IMG/VR virus record: IMGVR_UViG_3300024354_000012
Source of the DNA: an uncultured virus (IMG/VR IMGVR_UViG_3300024354_000012)
Taxonomy: Duplodnaviria; Heunggongvirae; Uroviricota; Caudoviricetes
DNA: 54,217 nucleotides
Reading direction: 5' to 3' (one strand)
Below the pieces are notes generated by a model. That model was not told where the DNA came from and did no database searches. It saw only the letters and a list, made by a program, of their open reading frames with translations. Position 1 is the first letter of the stretch. Each line of letters opens with the position of its first letter. Below, piece after piece: positions 18,155-27,445 of this stretch. Position numbers and translations under genes: made by a program.

Positions 18155-18606
18155 TGTGGTGGCTTGCCTTTATTCCCGATAGCTTGTTACAATTTTTTGT
18201 ACATGCTATAACAATTCTAGGACTAGCAGGAATCATTTTAGGTTCTGTTGCTAGACATATAATCTTTATCGAACACTATGGTTTAATGATAAGGATAGTA
18301 GGTGCTGTGATGTTTGTAGCTGGCGTATTTTTTGAAGGCGGCTATGCTACTGAAATGGCATGGAGAGCTAGAGTCGAGGAATTACAAGCCAAGTTAGCCA
18401 TAGCAGAACAGCAATCGGCTGATGCTAATGCTGCTCTAGAAGTAGAAAGATTGAAAAAACAAAAGGTAATAACACAAACTGTTACCGAAATACAAGAAAG
18501 AATAGTAGAGAAAGAAAAGGTTATCAATGCCGAATGTAAAATTTCAGACGAAGCTGAACAAATTTACAGACGAGCAGTAAAAGGACCAGCGGAGGAAAAG
18601 AAATGA
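18154..18606 (+). CDS. Putative inner-membrane spanin (Rz-like)
   Basis: N-terminal TM segments, then a coiled coil (ARVEELQAKLAIAEQQ) and a C-terminal Cys; immediately precedes a lipoprotein gene. Confidence 0.65.
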   Translation: MWWLAFIPDSLLQFFVHAITILGLAGIILGSVARHIIFIEHYGLMIRIVGAVMFVAGVFFEGGYATEMAWRARVEELQAKLAIAEQQSADANAALEVERLKKQKVITQTVTEIQERIVEKEKVINAECKISDEAEQIYRRAVKGPAEEKK

Positions 18607-18881
18607 AACAGATTCTAATACTTCCTGCGATCGGCCTACTGCTAACAGGCTGTATGACTACAGCACCAGTAACTTATAAATTTCCAGATGTACCACCGGA
18701 ATTGATGGTGCCAGCTGAACCTTTAAAAGATCTACCCAAAGGTAAAAAACCAGAACTAAGTGATATCTTAAAAAATGTCAACGAAAATTATGGTCATTAT
18801 TATGAACTTAGAAACAAGTACAATCTTTGGATAGACTGGTACAATCAACAGAAAAAGATACACGAGGACGCTACAAAGTAA
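18603..18881 (+). CDS. Putative outer-membrane spanin lipoprotein (Rz1-like)
   Basis: Lipobox LLLTG/C and a Pro-rich segment FPDVPPELMVPAEP. Confidence 0.7.
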   Translation: MKQILILPAIGLLLTGCMTTAPVTYKFPDVPPELMVPAEPLKDLPKGKKPELSDILKNVNENYGHYYELRNKYNLWIDWYNQQKKIHEDATK

Positions 18882-18900
18882 ATTTTTAGAGGAGCGAAAA

Positions 18901-19398
18901 ATGAGCGAAGAGTATTCAAAATTGAGCGCAAGCGAAAAGAAAAAAGAAGATTGGATGAATAGTAAATGGCGTCCTATGATGGGCTGGATGTACATGTCAG
19001 TATGTACTTTCGACTTCATGGTCGCTCCTATCCTTTGGAGTTTAGTACAGACTCTAGGACATGGTAATGTATCAACACAGTGGCAACCACTTACACTCCA
19101 AGGCGCAGGATTATTCCATGTGGCTATGGGTGCTGTGCTAGGTATCGCTGCGTTTGGTCGTACACAGGAAAAGCTAGCAGGAGCAAATAATGGCGGAGCA
19201 CCTACAATGGGTACAACCTATACACCACCACCGAGCACTCCATCATCTAGCGGTTTCAACTCACCTGCTCCGGCAGCACCTTCATTTGGTTCACCTAGCA
19301 GTTTTGGAGCAGCACCAGCTGATACTTCGGCTCCTGCTACAGCAGCACCAGCACCAACAACAGGTATGCCTGGTAGGAGTTCATTGAGCAAAAATTAA
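18901..19398 (+). CDS. Putative holin (GTA 3TM-holin-like) with Pro/Ser/Ala-rich tail
   Basis: WRPMMGWMY...MGAVLGIAAFGRTQEK; adjacent to the spanins. Confidence 0.6.
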   Translation: MSEEYSKLSASEKKKEDWMNSKWRPMMGWMYMSVCTFDFMVAPILWSLVQTLGHGNVSTQWQPLTLQGAGLFHVAMGAVLGIAAFGRTQEKLAGANNGGAPTMGTTYTPPPSTPSSSGFNSPAPAAPSFGSPSSFGAAPADTSAPATAAPAPTTGMPGRSSLSKN

Positions 19399-19408
19399 TC
19401 AAGATTGC

Positions 19409-19437
19409 TTGATCTTAATAAGGAGATCAGCTAAAAT
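19409..19437 (+). promoter_or_regulatory. Sigma70-type promoter TTGATC-N17-TAAAAT
   Basis: Directly upstream of the dnaJ ATG at 19443; the -35 lies within the inverted repeat ATCAAG-attg-CTTGAT. Confidence 0.55.
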
Positions 19438-19442
19438 ATAGT

Positions 19443-20276
19443 ATGAACTACTATAGTACATTAGGTGTTGCGCAAACCGCGTCACAAGATGAGATTAAAA
19501 CTGCGTATCGTAAGCTAGCCATGAAACACCACCCAGATAGAGGTGGTGATCCTAAAAAGTTTCAGGCGATACAAGAAGCTTACGATACACTCAGTGACGA
19601 CGAAAAACGCAGGCAGTATGATAATCCCAATCCGTTCAACAGCATGGGCGGTGGCGGAAATCCTTTTAATAATATGAATCCAGATGACATATTTGGATCA
19701 TTCTTTGGCAGCGGACCTTTCAGTTTCCATTTTGGTAATAGCCCTCAGCCACAACGAAACACCAACATAACAGCCGTCGTAGACATCACACTAGCAGATG
19801 TACTAACAGGCAAAAATATAGACGCACAGGTTAGTTTTAGAAATGGTGATACTAAATTAGTATCTATCAATATACCAGCCGGTGTCGATGATGGTTCACA
19901 GATCAGATATCCAGGTATGGGTGATCATAGCATACCTCGATTTCCACCGGGTGATCTTATAGTATCTGTAAGGATAATACCACACCCTGTATGGCGAAGG
20001 GAAGGACTCGATCTAGTCTGCGATCATAGTGTAGATGTATGGGAAGCACTATTAGGATCTAGCCTCACAGTTACTACATTAGATAATAAGTCATTCACTA
20101 TATCTGTTCCAGCAGGAACACAACCCGACACAGTATTAAGTTGTAGAGGCGAAGGTTTGCCTCATCCTAGGTCAGGGCATAGAGGTAACTTACTAGTTAG
20201 AATAAAAGTGATTATACCTAGGACACTTAGAGAAGATCAAAAACTACTAGTAGAGAAATTAAAAAATGGAATTTAA
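19443..20276 (+). CDS. dnaJ: DnaJ/CbpA-like co-chaperone (no zinc finger)
   Basis: J-domain with HPD, G/F-rich linker, C-terminal domain (IPAGVDDG, GDL, GEGLP). Confidence 0.92.
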   Translation: MNYYSTLGVAQTASQDEIKTAYRKLAMKHHPDRGGDPKKFQAIQEAYDTLSDDEKRRQYDNPNPFNSMGGGGNPFNNMNPDDIFGSFFGSGPFSFHFGNSPQPQRNTNITAVVDITLADVLTGKNIDAQVSFRNGDTKLVSINIPAGVDDGSQIRYPGMGDHSIPRFPPGDLIVSVRIIPHPVWRREGLDLVCDHSVDVWEALLGSSLTVTTLDNKSFTISVPAGTQPDTVLSCRGEGLPHPRSGHRGNLLVRIKVIIPRTLREDQKLLVEKLKNGI

Positions 20277-20760
20277 ATTAGGTGTACACGAAAGTCTAGT
20301 TACTCCTAGTACTAACTGGGCGTTCGGCATAGATGAAGATCCCGAATATCTAGAACAGGCCATGATAGAATTCATGCTTAATAATAATGGTATCGGGCTT
20401 GCTGCTAATCAGGTTGGTATTACTAAAAGAGTATTTGTGATGGGTAGTAAAAACATAGAAGGATTCCCAGAACCCTTTGCGTTATTCAACCCAAAGATAT
20501 TAGAAACTAGCCAGGAAGAAAAACTAGATCAAGAAGGTTGTCTAAGTTATCCAGGACTATATCTAATGGTCAAAAGACCTGAATGGGTCAGAGCTGAATA
20601 CCAAGACAGCAAAGGTAACACACACGAAATTAAAGTAGACGGTTATCTGGCTAAATGTTTCCAACACGAATACGATCACCTAGATGGTATATGTTTTGTT
20701 GACAAAGTCAGTAAACTGAAGTTAGACTTAGCAATGAAGAAACTAAAAAAGAGAAGGTAA
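20266..20760 (+). CDS. def: Peptide deformylase
   Basis: GIGLAANQ, EGCLS, QHEYDHLDG. Confidence 0.95.
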   Translation: MEFKLGVHESLVTPSTNWAFGIDEDPEYLEQAMIEFMLNNNGIGLAANQVGITKRVFVMGSKNIEGFPEPFALFNPKILETSQEEKLDQEGCLSYPGLYLMVKRPEWVRAEYQDSKGNTHEIKVDGYLAKCFQHEYDHLDGICFVDKVSKLKLDLAMKKLKKRR

Positions 20761-20761
20761 T

Positions 20762-23107
20762 ATGTTAGAACCCAGTGAAAAGTTACAAGCGATTTTTGAA
20801 CGTGCTATCGGATTAGCTCAACAACTGTCACACGAATATGTGACATTAGAACATCTTACCTTTGCCATAATGTGCGATGATGACATGATCAAAGCACTAA
20901 AGGAATATGGAGCCAATAGTGATTTTATAAAATCTAATCTAGAACAATTTCTTAAAAATCAACTTAATGAAATACGCACAGACCTTAAAGGTCAAAAACC
21001 CCGAAGGACTGCTAGTGTAGAACGTGTGTTAAATCGCAGTTTCACACAAACACTGTTTAGCGGTAGACAAAAGATCGAAGTAGAAGATGTACTGATTGCG
21101 ATCTTGAGTGAAAGAAAAAGTTTCGCTTTTTATTATCTAACCAAAGGCGGGATTGTCAAAGAAAAATTTATACAATATTGCCAAGGCAAATTTGAAGAAA
21201 CTGACGAAGAAAACATGCCACGCAATATTCATCCATCACAGCTTGACAAGATACTTAACAACTACTGTGTAAATCTTACTCAGATGGCCAAACAAAAGAA
21301 AATCGATCCTGTCATCGGTCGTGATGAAGAAATTGAAAATATACAATTGATTTTGGCTAGACGAACCAAGTCTAATGTACTACTGATCGGTGAACCAGGT
21401 GTTGGTAAGACTGCTATCGCAGAAGGTCTTGCTCGCAAGATCTTTGAAAAGAAAGTACCTAAGTTCCTACACGATCACTTAGTTTATACACTAGACATTT
21501 CAGCACTACTAGCAGGCAGCAAATATCGTGGCGATTTTGAAGAACGTTGGAAAGCGGTGTTGGCAGCTTTAGAAAAGAAAGGCAAGGTGATTTTATTCAT
21601 CGACGAAGCGCACATGATGAGTGGTGCCGGTGCTGCGAATGGTTCTGCTAACGATCTAGCCAATATGCTTAAACCCATGTTGACTAAAGGCACTATGAAG
21701 GTTATTGCTTCTACGACATGGGAAGAATTCCGTAAGCACTTTGAAAAGGATCGCGCATTGATGCGTAGATTCCAAAGAGTGAATGTCGACGAGCCTACAC
21801 CGGAATTGACCGTCAAGATCATGAAGGGCGTTCGTAGATATTATGAACAGCATCACAAAGTACGCATCACAGATGCTGCTATCGAAAATGCTGTTAAACT
21901 ATCTATGAAATATATGCCAGAAAAGAAACTGCCAGATAAAGCTATCGACATCATCGACTGTGCTGCTGCTAGATTTAAAATTAGACCCGATGCAGAAACA
22001 GAAGGCGATGATATCAACATCGTTGATCTAGAACAGATCATGTTTGAAGTCAGCAAAATGACCAAGATGCCGTTTGAAACTGTTTCTGAAAGAGAAAGCA
22101 ACAGTCTTGTAAATCTCGAAAGCAACATGAAGAATACTGTGTTTGGTCAAGAAAAAGCTATCACTAATCTAGTAGACAAGATATTTGTAGCACAGGCAGG
22201 TATGAAGTTGCCTAACAAGCCAGTGGGCTGTTTCTTGTTCGTTGGTCCTACAGGTACAGGTAAAACAGAAACTGCCAAGAAGCTGTCTGAATCACTAGGT
22301 ATTCCATTAGTTAGATTTGACATGAGCGAATACCAAGAGAAACATGCTGTAGCAAAATTGATTGGTGCTCCTCCAGGATATGTAGGCTATGAAGATAACA
22401 CAGGTCTACTTATTACTAAACTACAGGAAACACCTAACTGTGTGTTGCTGTTAGATGAAATCGAAAAGGCACATCAAGACGTTACTAACATTCTGTTACA
22501 GTTGATGGATAACGGTTTTGTTACAGGTAGCAATGGTAAGATGGCCGACGGTCGAAATACTATTTTGATCATGACATCAAACTTGGGTGCTGCTGACAAC
22601 GAACAGAACACTATTGGTTTCGGAGATCTATCCAAGGACGGTGAGGACGACAAAGCAGTTAAGAAGTTCTTTGCCCCTGAATTCCGTAATAGACTCGACA
22701 GTGTTATTAAGTTTGACAAACTGTCTAAAGATACTGTACGTATTATCGTTGACAAGTTTATGAAAGATCTTAACACACAGATCAAAGACAAGTATGTTGA
22801 GATCATTATCGACGATGATGCTAGAGATTGGTTAGCAGACCGTGGTTACAATAGCAAGATGGGTGCCAGACCGTTAGCTAGAGTTATCGATAACGAAATC
22901 AAGAGCCCGCTGAGCCGTAAGATTTTGTTCGGTGAACTTAAAGATGGCGGAAGAGTATTTGTTAGAGTAGAAAATGACCAACTGGTATTCGAAGTAAAAA
23001 ATCTAGGTGACGGTCTTACCAAGCTAGAAAAACGTGCGTTGAAGCAGCATAAGAAAGTATTAGATGGCAAACTATTCGATGACGAAGTACAAAACAACAA
23101 CTCGTAG
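20762..23107 (+). CDS. clpA: ClpA-like AAA+ unfoldase
   Basis: Clp N domain, NBD1 (GEPGVGKT, FIDEAH), NBD2 (GPTGTGKT, LLDEIEKAH), ClpP-docking IGF loop, no long M-domain. Confidence 0.92.
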   Translation: MLEPSEKLQAIFERAIGLAQQLSHEYVTLEHLTFAIMCDDDMIKALKEYGANSDFIKSNLEQFLKNQLNEIRTDLKGQKPRRTASVERVLNRSFTQTLFSGRQKIEVEDVLIAILSERKSFAFYYLTKGGIVKEKFIQYCQGKFEETDEENMPRNIHPSQLDKILNNYCVNLTQMAKQKKIDPVIGRDEEIENIQLILARRTKSNVLLIGEPGVGKTAIAEGLARKIFEKKVPKFLHDHLVYTLDISALLAGSKYRGDFEERWKAVLAALEKKGKVILFIDEAHMMSGAGAANGSANDLANMLKPMLTKGTMKVIASTTWEEFRKHFEKDRALMRRFQRVNVDEPTPELTVKIMKGVRRYYEQHHKVRITDAAIENAVKLSMKYMPEKKLPDKAIDIIDCAAARFKIRPDAETEGDDINIVDLEQIMFEVSKMTKMPFETVSERESNSLVNLESNMKNTVFGQEKAITNLVDKIFVAQAGMKLPNKPVGCFLFVGPTGTGKTETAKKLSESLGIPLVRFDMSEYQEKHAVAKLIGAPPGYVGYEDNTGLLITKLQETPNCVLLLDEIEKAHQDVTNILLQLMDNGFVTGSNGKMADGRNTILIMTSNLGAADNEQNTIGFGDLSKDGEDDKAVKKFFAPEFRNRLDSVIKFDKLSKDTVRIIVDKFMKDLNTQIKDKYVEIIIDDDARDWLADRGYNSKMGARPLARVIDNEIKSPLSRKILFGELKDGGRVFVRVENDQLVFEVKNLGDGLTKLEKRALKQHKKVLDGKLFDDEVQNNNS

Positions 23108-23744
23108 TTTTTACGGTAAGTGGCTGTATAAGTCTAGCCTAAACGTCCCCGGCGTCTCTATCATACGGTCTAGATCTCTAGATGAAGTCATACGACTGAT
23201 CGGCGGGAACGTTTTCACAAAAAATAAATTTTATGCTAAGGCCATTAATAATGCGGATGATATTTTTAAGATCATCGATTTTATAGGAAAGTATAACATC
23301 AATGAAGATTTAGCTTTTAGGTTAGAATCAGATAATATTGATTTCTATACCAACGATCCTAGTATTTTTAAAAAGATCAATGAGAAATTTTCCAGTGTAT
23401 TGAGACTGTGTGTTTCACCTAAAGAAGGAACAGAATCAGTATTATCCGATAAAAACAAAATATTGGTAAAAAAATTTCCGGATAATACATATAAGCACAG
23501 GGTTTATCTACAACCACACAAAGTGTCTAGCATGGCAGAAAAAGCCAGAATGATTAAATGGCTTAAAGAACAAGATGGTAAAATCAGGATTACTGATACA
23601 GTATCTAGATGGTTTATCACTACTAACTGGAACTGGGATCGTAGATACGTGCTAGCCAAAGACGAACATACCTTGTTAATGCTTAAATTGCGGTGTGGCG
23701 AAGCTGTAGGGCACGTTTACGATTACGTGCTAACCGATAAATAA
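23064..23744 (+). CDS. Hypothetical protein
   Basis: 226-aa ORF overlapping the clpA end; start uncertain (23064 or 23079). Confidence 0.7.
   Translation: MANYSMTKYKTTTRSFYGKWLYKSSLNVPGVSIIRSRSLDEVIRLIGGNVFTKNKFYAKAINNADDIFKIIDFIGKYNINEDLAFRLESDNIDFYTNDPSIFKKINEKFSSVLRLCVSPKEGTESVLSDKNKILVKKFPDNTYKHRVYLQPHKVSSMAEKARMIKWLKEQDGKIRITDTVSRWFITTNWNWDRRYVLAKDEHTLLMLKLRCGEAVGHVYDYVLTDK
23736..23743 (+). promoter_or_regulatory. T4-type late promoter (GATAAATA)
   Basis: ATG at 23749 lies about at the expected +1. Confidence 0.6.
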
Positions 23745-23748
23745 TATC

Positions 23749-24093
23749 ATGCCAGCACTAAGTACAGTTTTAATTTCACAGATCCATGCTAACGGAGATT
23801 TCGTTAGCGAACCCGCACAGGGCGACGGATTTTACAATTCCGGCGACGGTTTACACACCGTACAATTTCTATTTGACAATTTCAAAGGTGCTGTATACAT
23901 ACAGGCTACATTAGCTGTATCACCGACAGAAAATGATTGGTTTGATGTACAGGGCTTTGAAGACCTAGCAGCTATCGACAGTACAACACAAATAACTTCC
24001 AGATATGCTAATTTCTACGGAAATTTCGTATGGATCAGGGCAAAAGGCACACTGATCGAAGGCATGATACGCGAAATTAGATATAATCACTAA
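23749..24093 (+). CDS. Small beta-rich putative virion protein
   Basis: Late promoter; GDGFYNSGDGLHTV...IQATLA..P...DWF...NFYGNFVWIRA. Confidence 0.6.
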   Translation: MPALSTVLISQIHANGDFVSEPAQGDGFYNSGDGLHTVQFLFDNFKGAVYIQATLAVSPTENDWFDVQGFEDLAAIDSTTQITSRYANFYGNFVWIRAKGTLIEGMIREIRYNH

Positions 24094-24105
24094 CTATTCG
24101 TTTAC

Positions 24106-24144
24106 GATAAATATAGTATGAATTCACGGCAAGGATCATACTAT
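24106..24144 (+). promoter_or_regulatory. Late promoter GATAAATA plus 9-bp hairpin sequestering the start codon
   Basis: ATAGTATGA (24113-24121) pairs with TCATACTAT (24136-24144); the AAGGA SD is in the loop. Confidence 0.65.
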
Positions 24145-25291
24145 GAAAACATCTGATATTCAAAATACAATAAAAAAACTGTCAGTAATACAGTTCGAAA
24201 CAGCATTAAATCCCAACGACCCGCAAGGCGATTACGCAGCCAAAAAACAGGCACTAGACGATCTAGCAGCAGATCCTGTTGCCAGCAGTGATCCCACAAT
24301 AGCCAAAGCTATAGAACAGAGAAAAGCAGAACTAGATAAAGAAGCTGCTAGCAAAGGCGTGACCAGTCAGGACGCAGACGAAGGGTTTTCTATAGGTGAC
24401 GAGTTTGGTATCAGTTTTAGTGAAGATCTAGAAATTGGCACACATATCGTAGGATTTGCCGAAGATGGTATCGTAGTAGAATTAGATGATCAAGCCATAC
24501 AGATGTTAGAAACACAGGGAGTGAGATTCCTTGAAGGCGAACTAGTTGAAGGTCTTAAAGATCCTAAAGACAATCCGTGCTGGAAAGGCTACCACCCCGT
24601 AGGCACCAAAAAGAAGAACGGCAAGACTGTACCTAACTGTGTGCCTGAAGCTGCTAATCCAGCACAACAAGCTGCGATTGCTATAGCCAAGAAGAAAGCA
24701 GGCAAGACTGAAGATTACAATCCCGAGTATGATGATGAAGCCGGAATGGCCGACAACAATCTAGAAACACTAAGACGTGCTGTAGACGGTTTAGACGATC
24801 TTATACAGACAGGCGATAACTTGCCTGAATGGTGCCAGGAAAAGATCGCTGTAGCTAAAAATATGCTAGTAGCAGTGTGGGATTATATGGAATCAGAAGA
24901 AGCCACACATCAAGAAACAGAAGCCATGAACATGCCATTTGCTGGCGCTGCTGTTGGGCATAAAGAAGGTCCAGCCGGTCAACTGAAAGGCCGCATGAAG
25001 CGTCCGGCTAGCGCAGGAGATCTAGTAGGCGGTGAGAGCATCGAGAATGAAGCCAAGTATCATGGCAAGGAAGTTCCGCTAGGTAAAAAACTTCCCGGTG
25101 ATGTTAAAAAATCTAAAGTCTATGTACGCGATCCAAAGACCGGCAACATTAAAAAAGTAAACTTTGGTGATAAGAAAATGCGTATTAAGAAATCAAATCC
25201 TGCTCGTCGTAAGTCATTTAGAGCAAGACATAATTGCGCTAATCCAGGACCACGCACTAAAGCTCGTTACTGGTCATGTAGGAGCTGGTAA
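24143..25291 (+). CDS. Modular putative head-internal polyprotein
   Basis: Concatenated short modules separated by Glu sites: CWKGYHPVGTKKKNGKTVPNCVPE, AANPAQQAAIAIAKKKAG, LPEWCQEKI, KKVNFGD...ARRKSFRARHNC...KARYWSC. Confidence 0.6.
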   Translation: MKTSDIQNTIKKLSVIQFETALNPNDPQGDYAAKKQALDDLAADPVASSDPTIAKAIEQRKAELDKEAASKGVTSQDADEGFSIGDEFGISFSEDLEIGTHIVGFAEDGIVVELDDQAIQMLETQGVRFLEGELVEGLKDPKDNPCWKGYHPVGTKKKNGKTVPNCVPEAANPAQQAAIAIAKKKAGKTEDYNPEYDDEAGMADNNLETLRRAVDGLDDLIQTGDNLPEWCQEKIAVAKNMLVAVWDYMESEEATHQETEAMNMPFAGAAVGHKEGPAGQLKGRMKRPASAGDLVGGESIENEAKYHGKEVPLGKKLPGDVKKSKVYVRDPKTGNIKKVNFGDKKMRIKKSNPARRKSFRARHNCANPGPRTKARYWSCRSW

Positions 25292-25632
25292 TGAGATTAC
25301 AAGAGCTTTTTGCATCTCTTGAGAAAGAACAAGATCATAGACTAGATCCTGAAATAAACTATCTAGCTGATCTTAAATTTTTCATCGACAACGATAATGA
25401 TATCTTGTCTAAATTTTTCTTTCCTGCTATAAAACAACATAAAGACACTGCGTCACCAGACGACTATCATCACTATGTTGAACCCATTAAAAAGACCATA
25501 GTGATTTATTGTAAGAAACATGATCTCGATGATGTCAAAGATGACATATTCGGTGAAGATGATATTCTAGAACTAGCTAAGAGAATGGCTCAAGAACAAC
25601 ATAGATATATAGACCGAGGCGATTACGAATAA
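25291..25632 (+). CDS. Hypothetical protein with leader MRLQELF
   Basis: TAATG-coupled ORF with the shared N-terminal motif. Confidence 0.7.
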   Translation: MRLQELFASLEKEQDHRLDPEINYLADLKFFIDNDNDILSKFFFPAIKQHKDTASPDDYHHYVEPIKKTIVIYCKKHDLDDVKDDIFGEDDILELAKRMAQEQHRYIDRGDYE

Positions 25633-26723
25633 TGAGACTAAAGCAGTTATGGGAAGATTCGGGAGATTCTATAGCATTCTGTTTTGGTAGAATGAATCCT
25701 CCCACGCGAGGGCATAAAGCTGTGTTTGATACACTAGCAAAAACCAACAAGAACTATAGAATATTCATTAGCCCCGCACAAAAACCCTTAAAAAATAATC
25801 CATTAGACTTTGATACAAAAATCAAATTTATCAGAGTGATGTTTCCAGAACATGCCGCACATGTTTCAGCAGATCCTGGCCTAAACACTATCATGGCTAT
25901 CGCTGCTAAACTGTACGATGAAGGTTACAGGAAAATCACATTCGTAGGTGGCAGTGATAGAGTTGGCACATTCAAAGAGCTACTAGACAAATATAATGGG
26001 GTAGAAATGCCCAACGGCATGTACAACTTTGAAGAAATAAATGTTGTTACTAGCGGAGACAGAGATCCCGATGACGAGGGACTAGCAGGAATTAGTGCTA
26101 GTGGCGCACGTGATGCTGCTAGAGCAGGAGATGTAGAAGCATTCACTGAAATAACAGGTGCAGGCAAGTATGCCAAGCAATTATATGATGCTGTACGTTC
26201 GGGATTAAAAATCAAAGAAGAAGTTAATGAAGGTCCATTAGAACTTAACACTAAAGATCCTGTTGTAGTTATATCTGATCCTAAGACAGGAAAGATACTA
26301 GATAAAATGAATCTGTCTGCCGCTGCTATAAAATATAGATTAGGTCCGCCAGAGAATGTCAAGCAACAATTAGCACATCAAAACTACACTACCATAGGAA
26401 ACTATGTAGTACAGGCACCAATGACAGGACAAGCCGCAGAGGCAATATTAGTAAATGATCCAGAGAAAGGTGCTCAGATCCGTCCAGACGGTGGTATGGG
26501 AACTTGGGATGAAAAATCTCTAGTATCTAACCTAAGCCGTAAATTTGAATCTATACAAGAGTTTCTCAAATACGGTAACTACGAAAATATCGAATACGTA
26601 TTATACAAAGCAGGTGCTATGGAATCTATGATAACAGCGTTAGCACAATACAATAGATTCAAACAGAAACAAGGCAAACGCCCCATAGGCAGAGGCCGAG
26701 AAATAGATATGGGGAAATACTGA
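25632..26723 (+). CDS. Cytidyltransferase-like (HxGH-family) nucleotidyltransferase with leader and C-terminal modules
   Basis: FCFGRMNPPTRGH, VGGSDRV, ISAS..R; N-terminus MRLKQLWE. Confidence 0.8.
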   Translation: MRLKQLWEDSGDSIAFCFGRMNPPTRGHKAVFDTLAKTNKNYRIFISPAQKPLKNNPLDFDTKIKFIRVMFPEHAAHVSADPGLNTIMAIAAKLYDEGYRKITFVGGSDRVGTFKELLDKYNGVEMPNGMYNFEEINVVTSGDRDPDDEGLAGISASGARDAARAGDVEAFTEITGAGKYAKQLYDAVRSGLKIKEEVNEGPLELNTKDPVVVISDPKTGKILDKMNLSAAAIKYRLGPPENVKQQLAHQNYTTIGNYVVQAPMTGQAAEAILVNDPEKGAQIRPDGGMGTWDEKSLVSNLSRKFESIQEFLKYGNYENIEYVLYKAGAMESMITALAQYNRFKQKQGKRPIGRGREIDMGKY

Positions 26724-26908
26724 TGCGTCTACGTGACTTATTTGAAAACGACTTACCTAAAAAGAGAGATCCTAATTGGAAAACTCTACAGGCCAAGCGT
26801 ACTAGTGGTGCTGCTGGTGTTCATCGCGATAAGAAAAAAGAACAGAAGCAAGGCTACGAAAAACATAAAAGTAAATCTACAGAAGAATCTCAAGATGGAA
26901 CTCAGTGA
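26723..26908 (+). CDS. Small basic protein with leader MRLRDLFE
   Basis: TGATG-coupled; K-rich SGAAGVHRDKKK. Confidence 0.65.
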   Translation: MRLRDLFENDLPKKRDPNWKTLQAKRTSGAAGVHRDKKKEQKQGYEKHKSKSTEESQDGTQ

Positions 26909-27098
26909 ATTAAAACGCCTAGCAGGCATAACAGAATTTAAGGGCTATCAGCCATACGGCGGTAGCAATATAAGTATTACTGGCAATGAAAAAGGCGAAC
27001 TGATGAAAAAACACAATATCAAACCAGGAACACCTGAATGGTTCCAGTTATGGTTTAGCAAGCCTTATCTAACCGGTGAAAAACCTGTAGGAAAATAA
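26895..27098 (+). CDS. Small protein MELSELKRLAGITE...IKPGTPEWFQLWF
   Basis: Start re-placed at ATG 26895; the track ORF from 26733 overlaps the previous gene. Confidence 0.65.
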   Translation: MELSELKRLAGITEFKGYQPYGGSNISITGNEKGELMKKHNIKPGTPEWFQLWFSKPYLTGEKPVGK

Positions 27099-27099
27099 A

Positions 27100-27444
27100 A
27101 TGCGTTGGAAAGAAATAACAGAAGGTTTGAAAAAAGAAAATACCACAGTACATGGCGCTAAAACCTTTCCTGCGATCAAAGGATGGACTTATGATATGTA
27201 TAGATGGGGTGTGGCTGCAGCTGGTAGCCCAGATCCACTACATGACATGGCTAAAGAAAGCGATATCGCTAATAATCTAGTAGCTGTACAATTCAGTGAT
27301 GGCGATAGAGAAATCATAGACCACAGCGCAAAAAGAATTGGTTTGAAAACACAAAAAATAGGTCCCGACAAAAGAAAAGAAAGCGAACACATCAACAATG
27401 CTAGTCCTGTAGCTAATGTAAAAAGAAATCGTTTCGGAGTTTAA
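27100..27444 (+). CDS. Hypothetical protein with leader MRWKEITE
   Basis: AGGA SD; shared leader motif. Confidence 0.7.
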   Translation: MRWKEITEGLKKENTTVHGAKTFPAIKGWTYDMYRWGVAAAGSPDPLHDMAKESDIANNLVAVQFSDGDREIIDHSAKRIGLKTQKIGPDKRKESEHINNASPVANVKRNRFGV

Positions 27445-27445
27445 C

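Noticed and set aside
20699..20728. TTGACA-N18-TAGACT promoter for clpA inside def
   Set aside because: Plausible but weaker -10 and suboptimal spacing within coding sequence; not listed as a feature.
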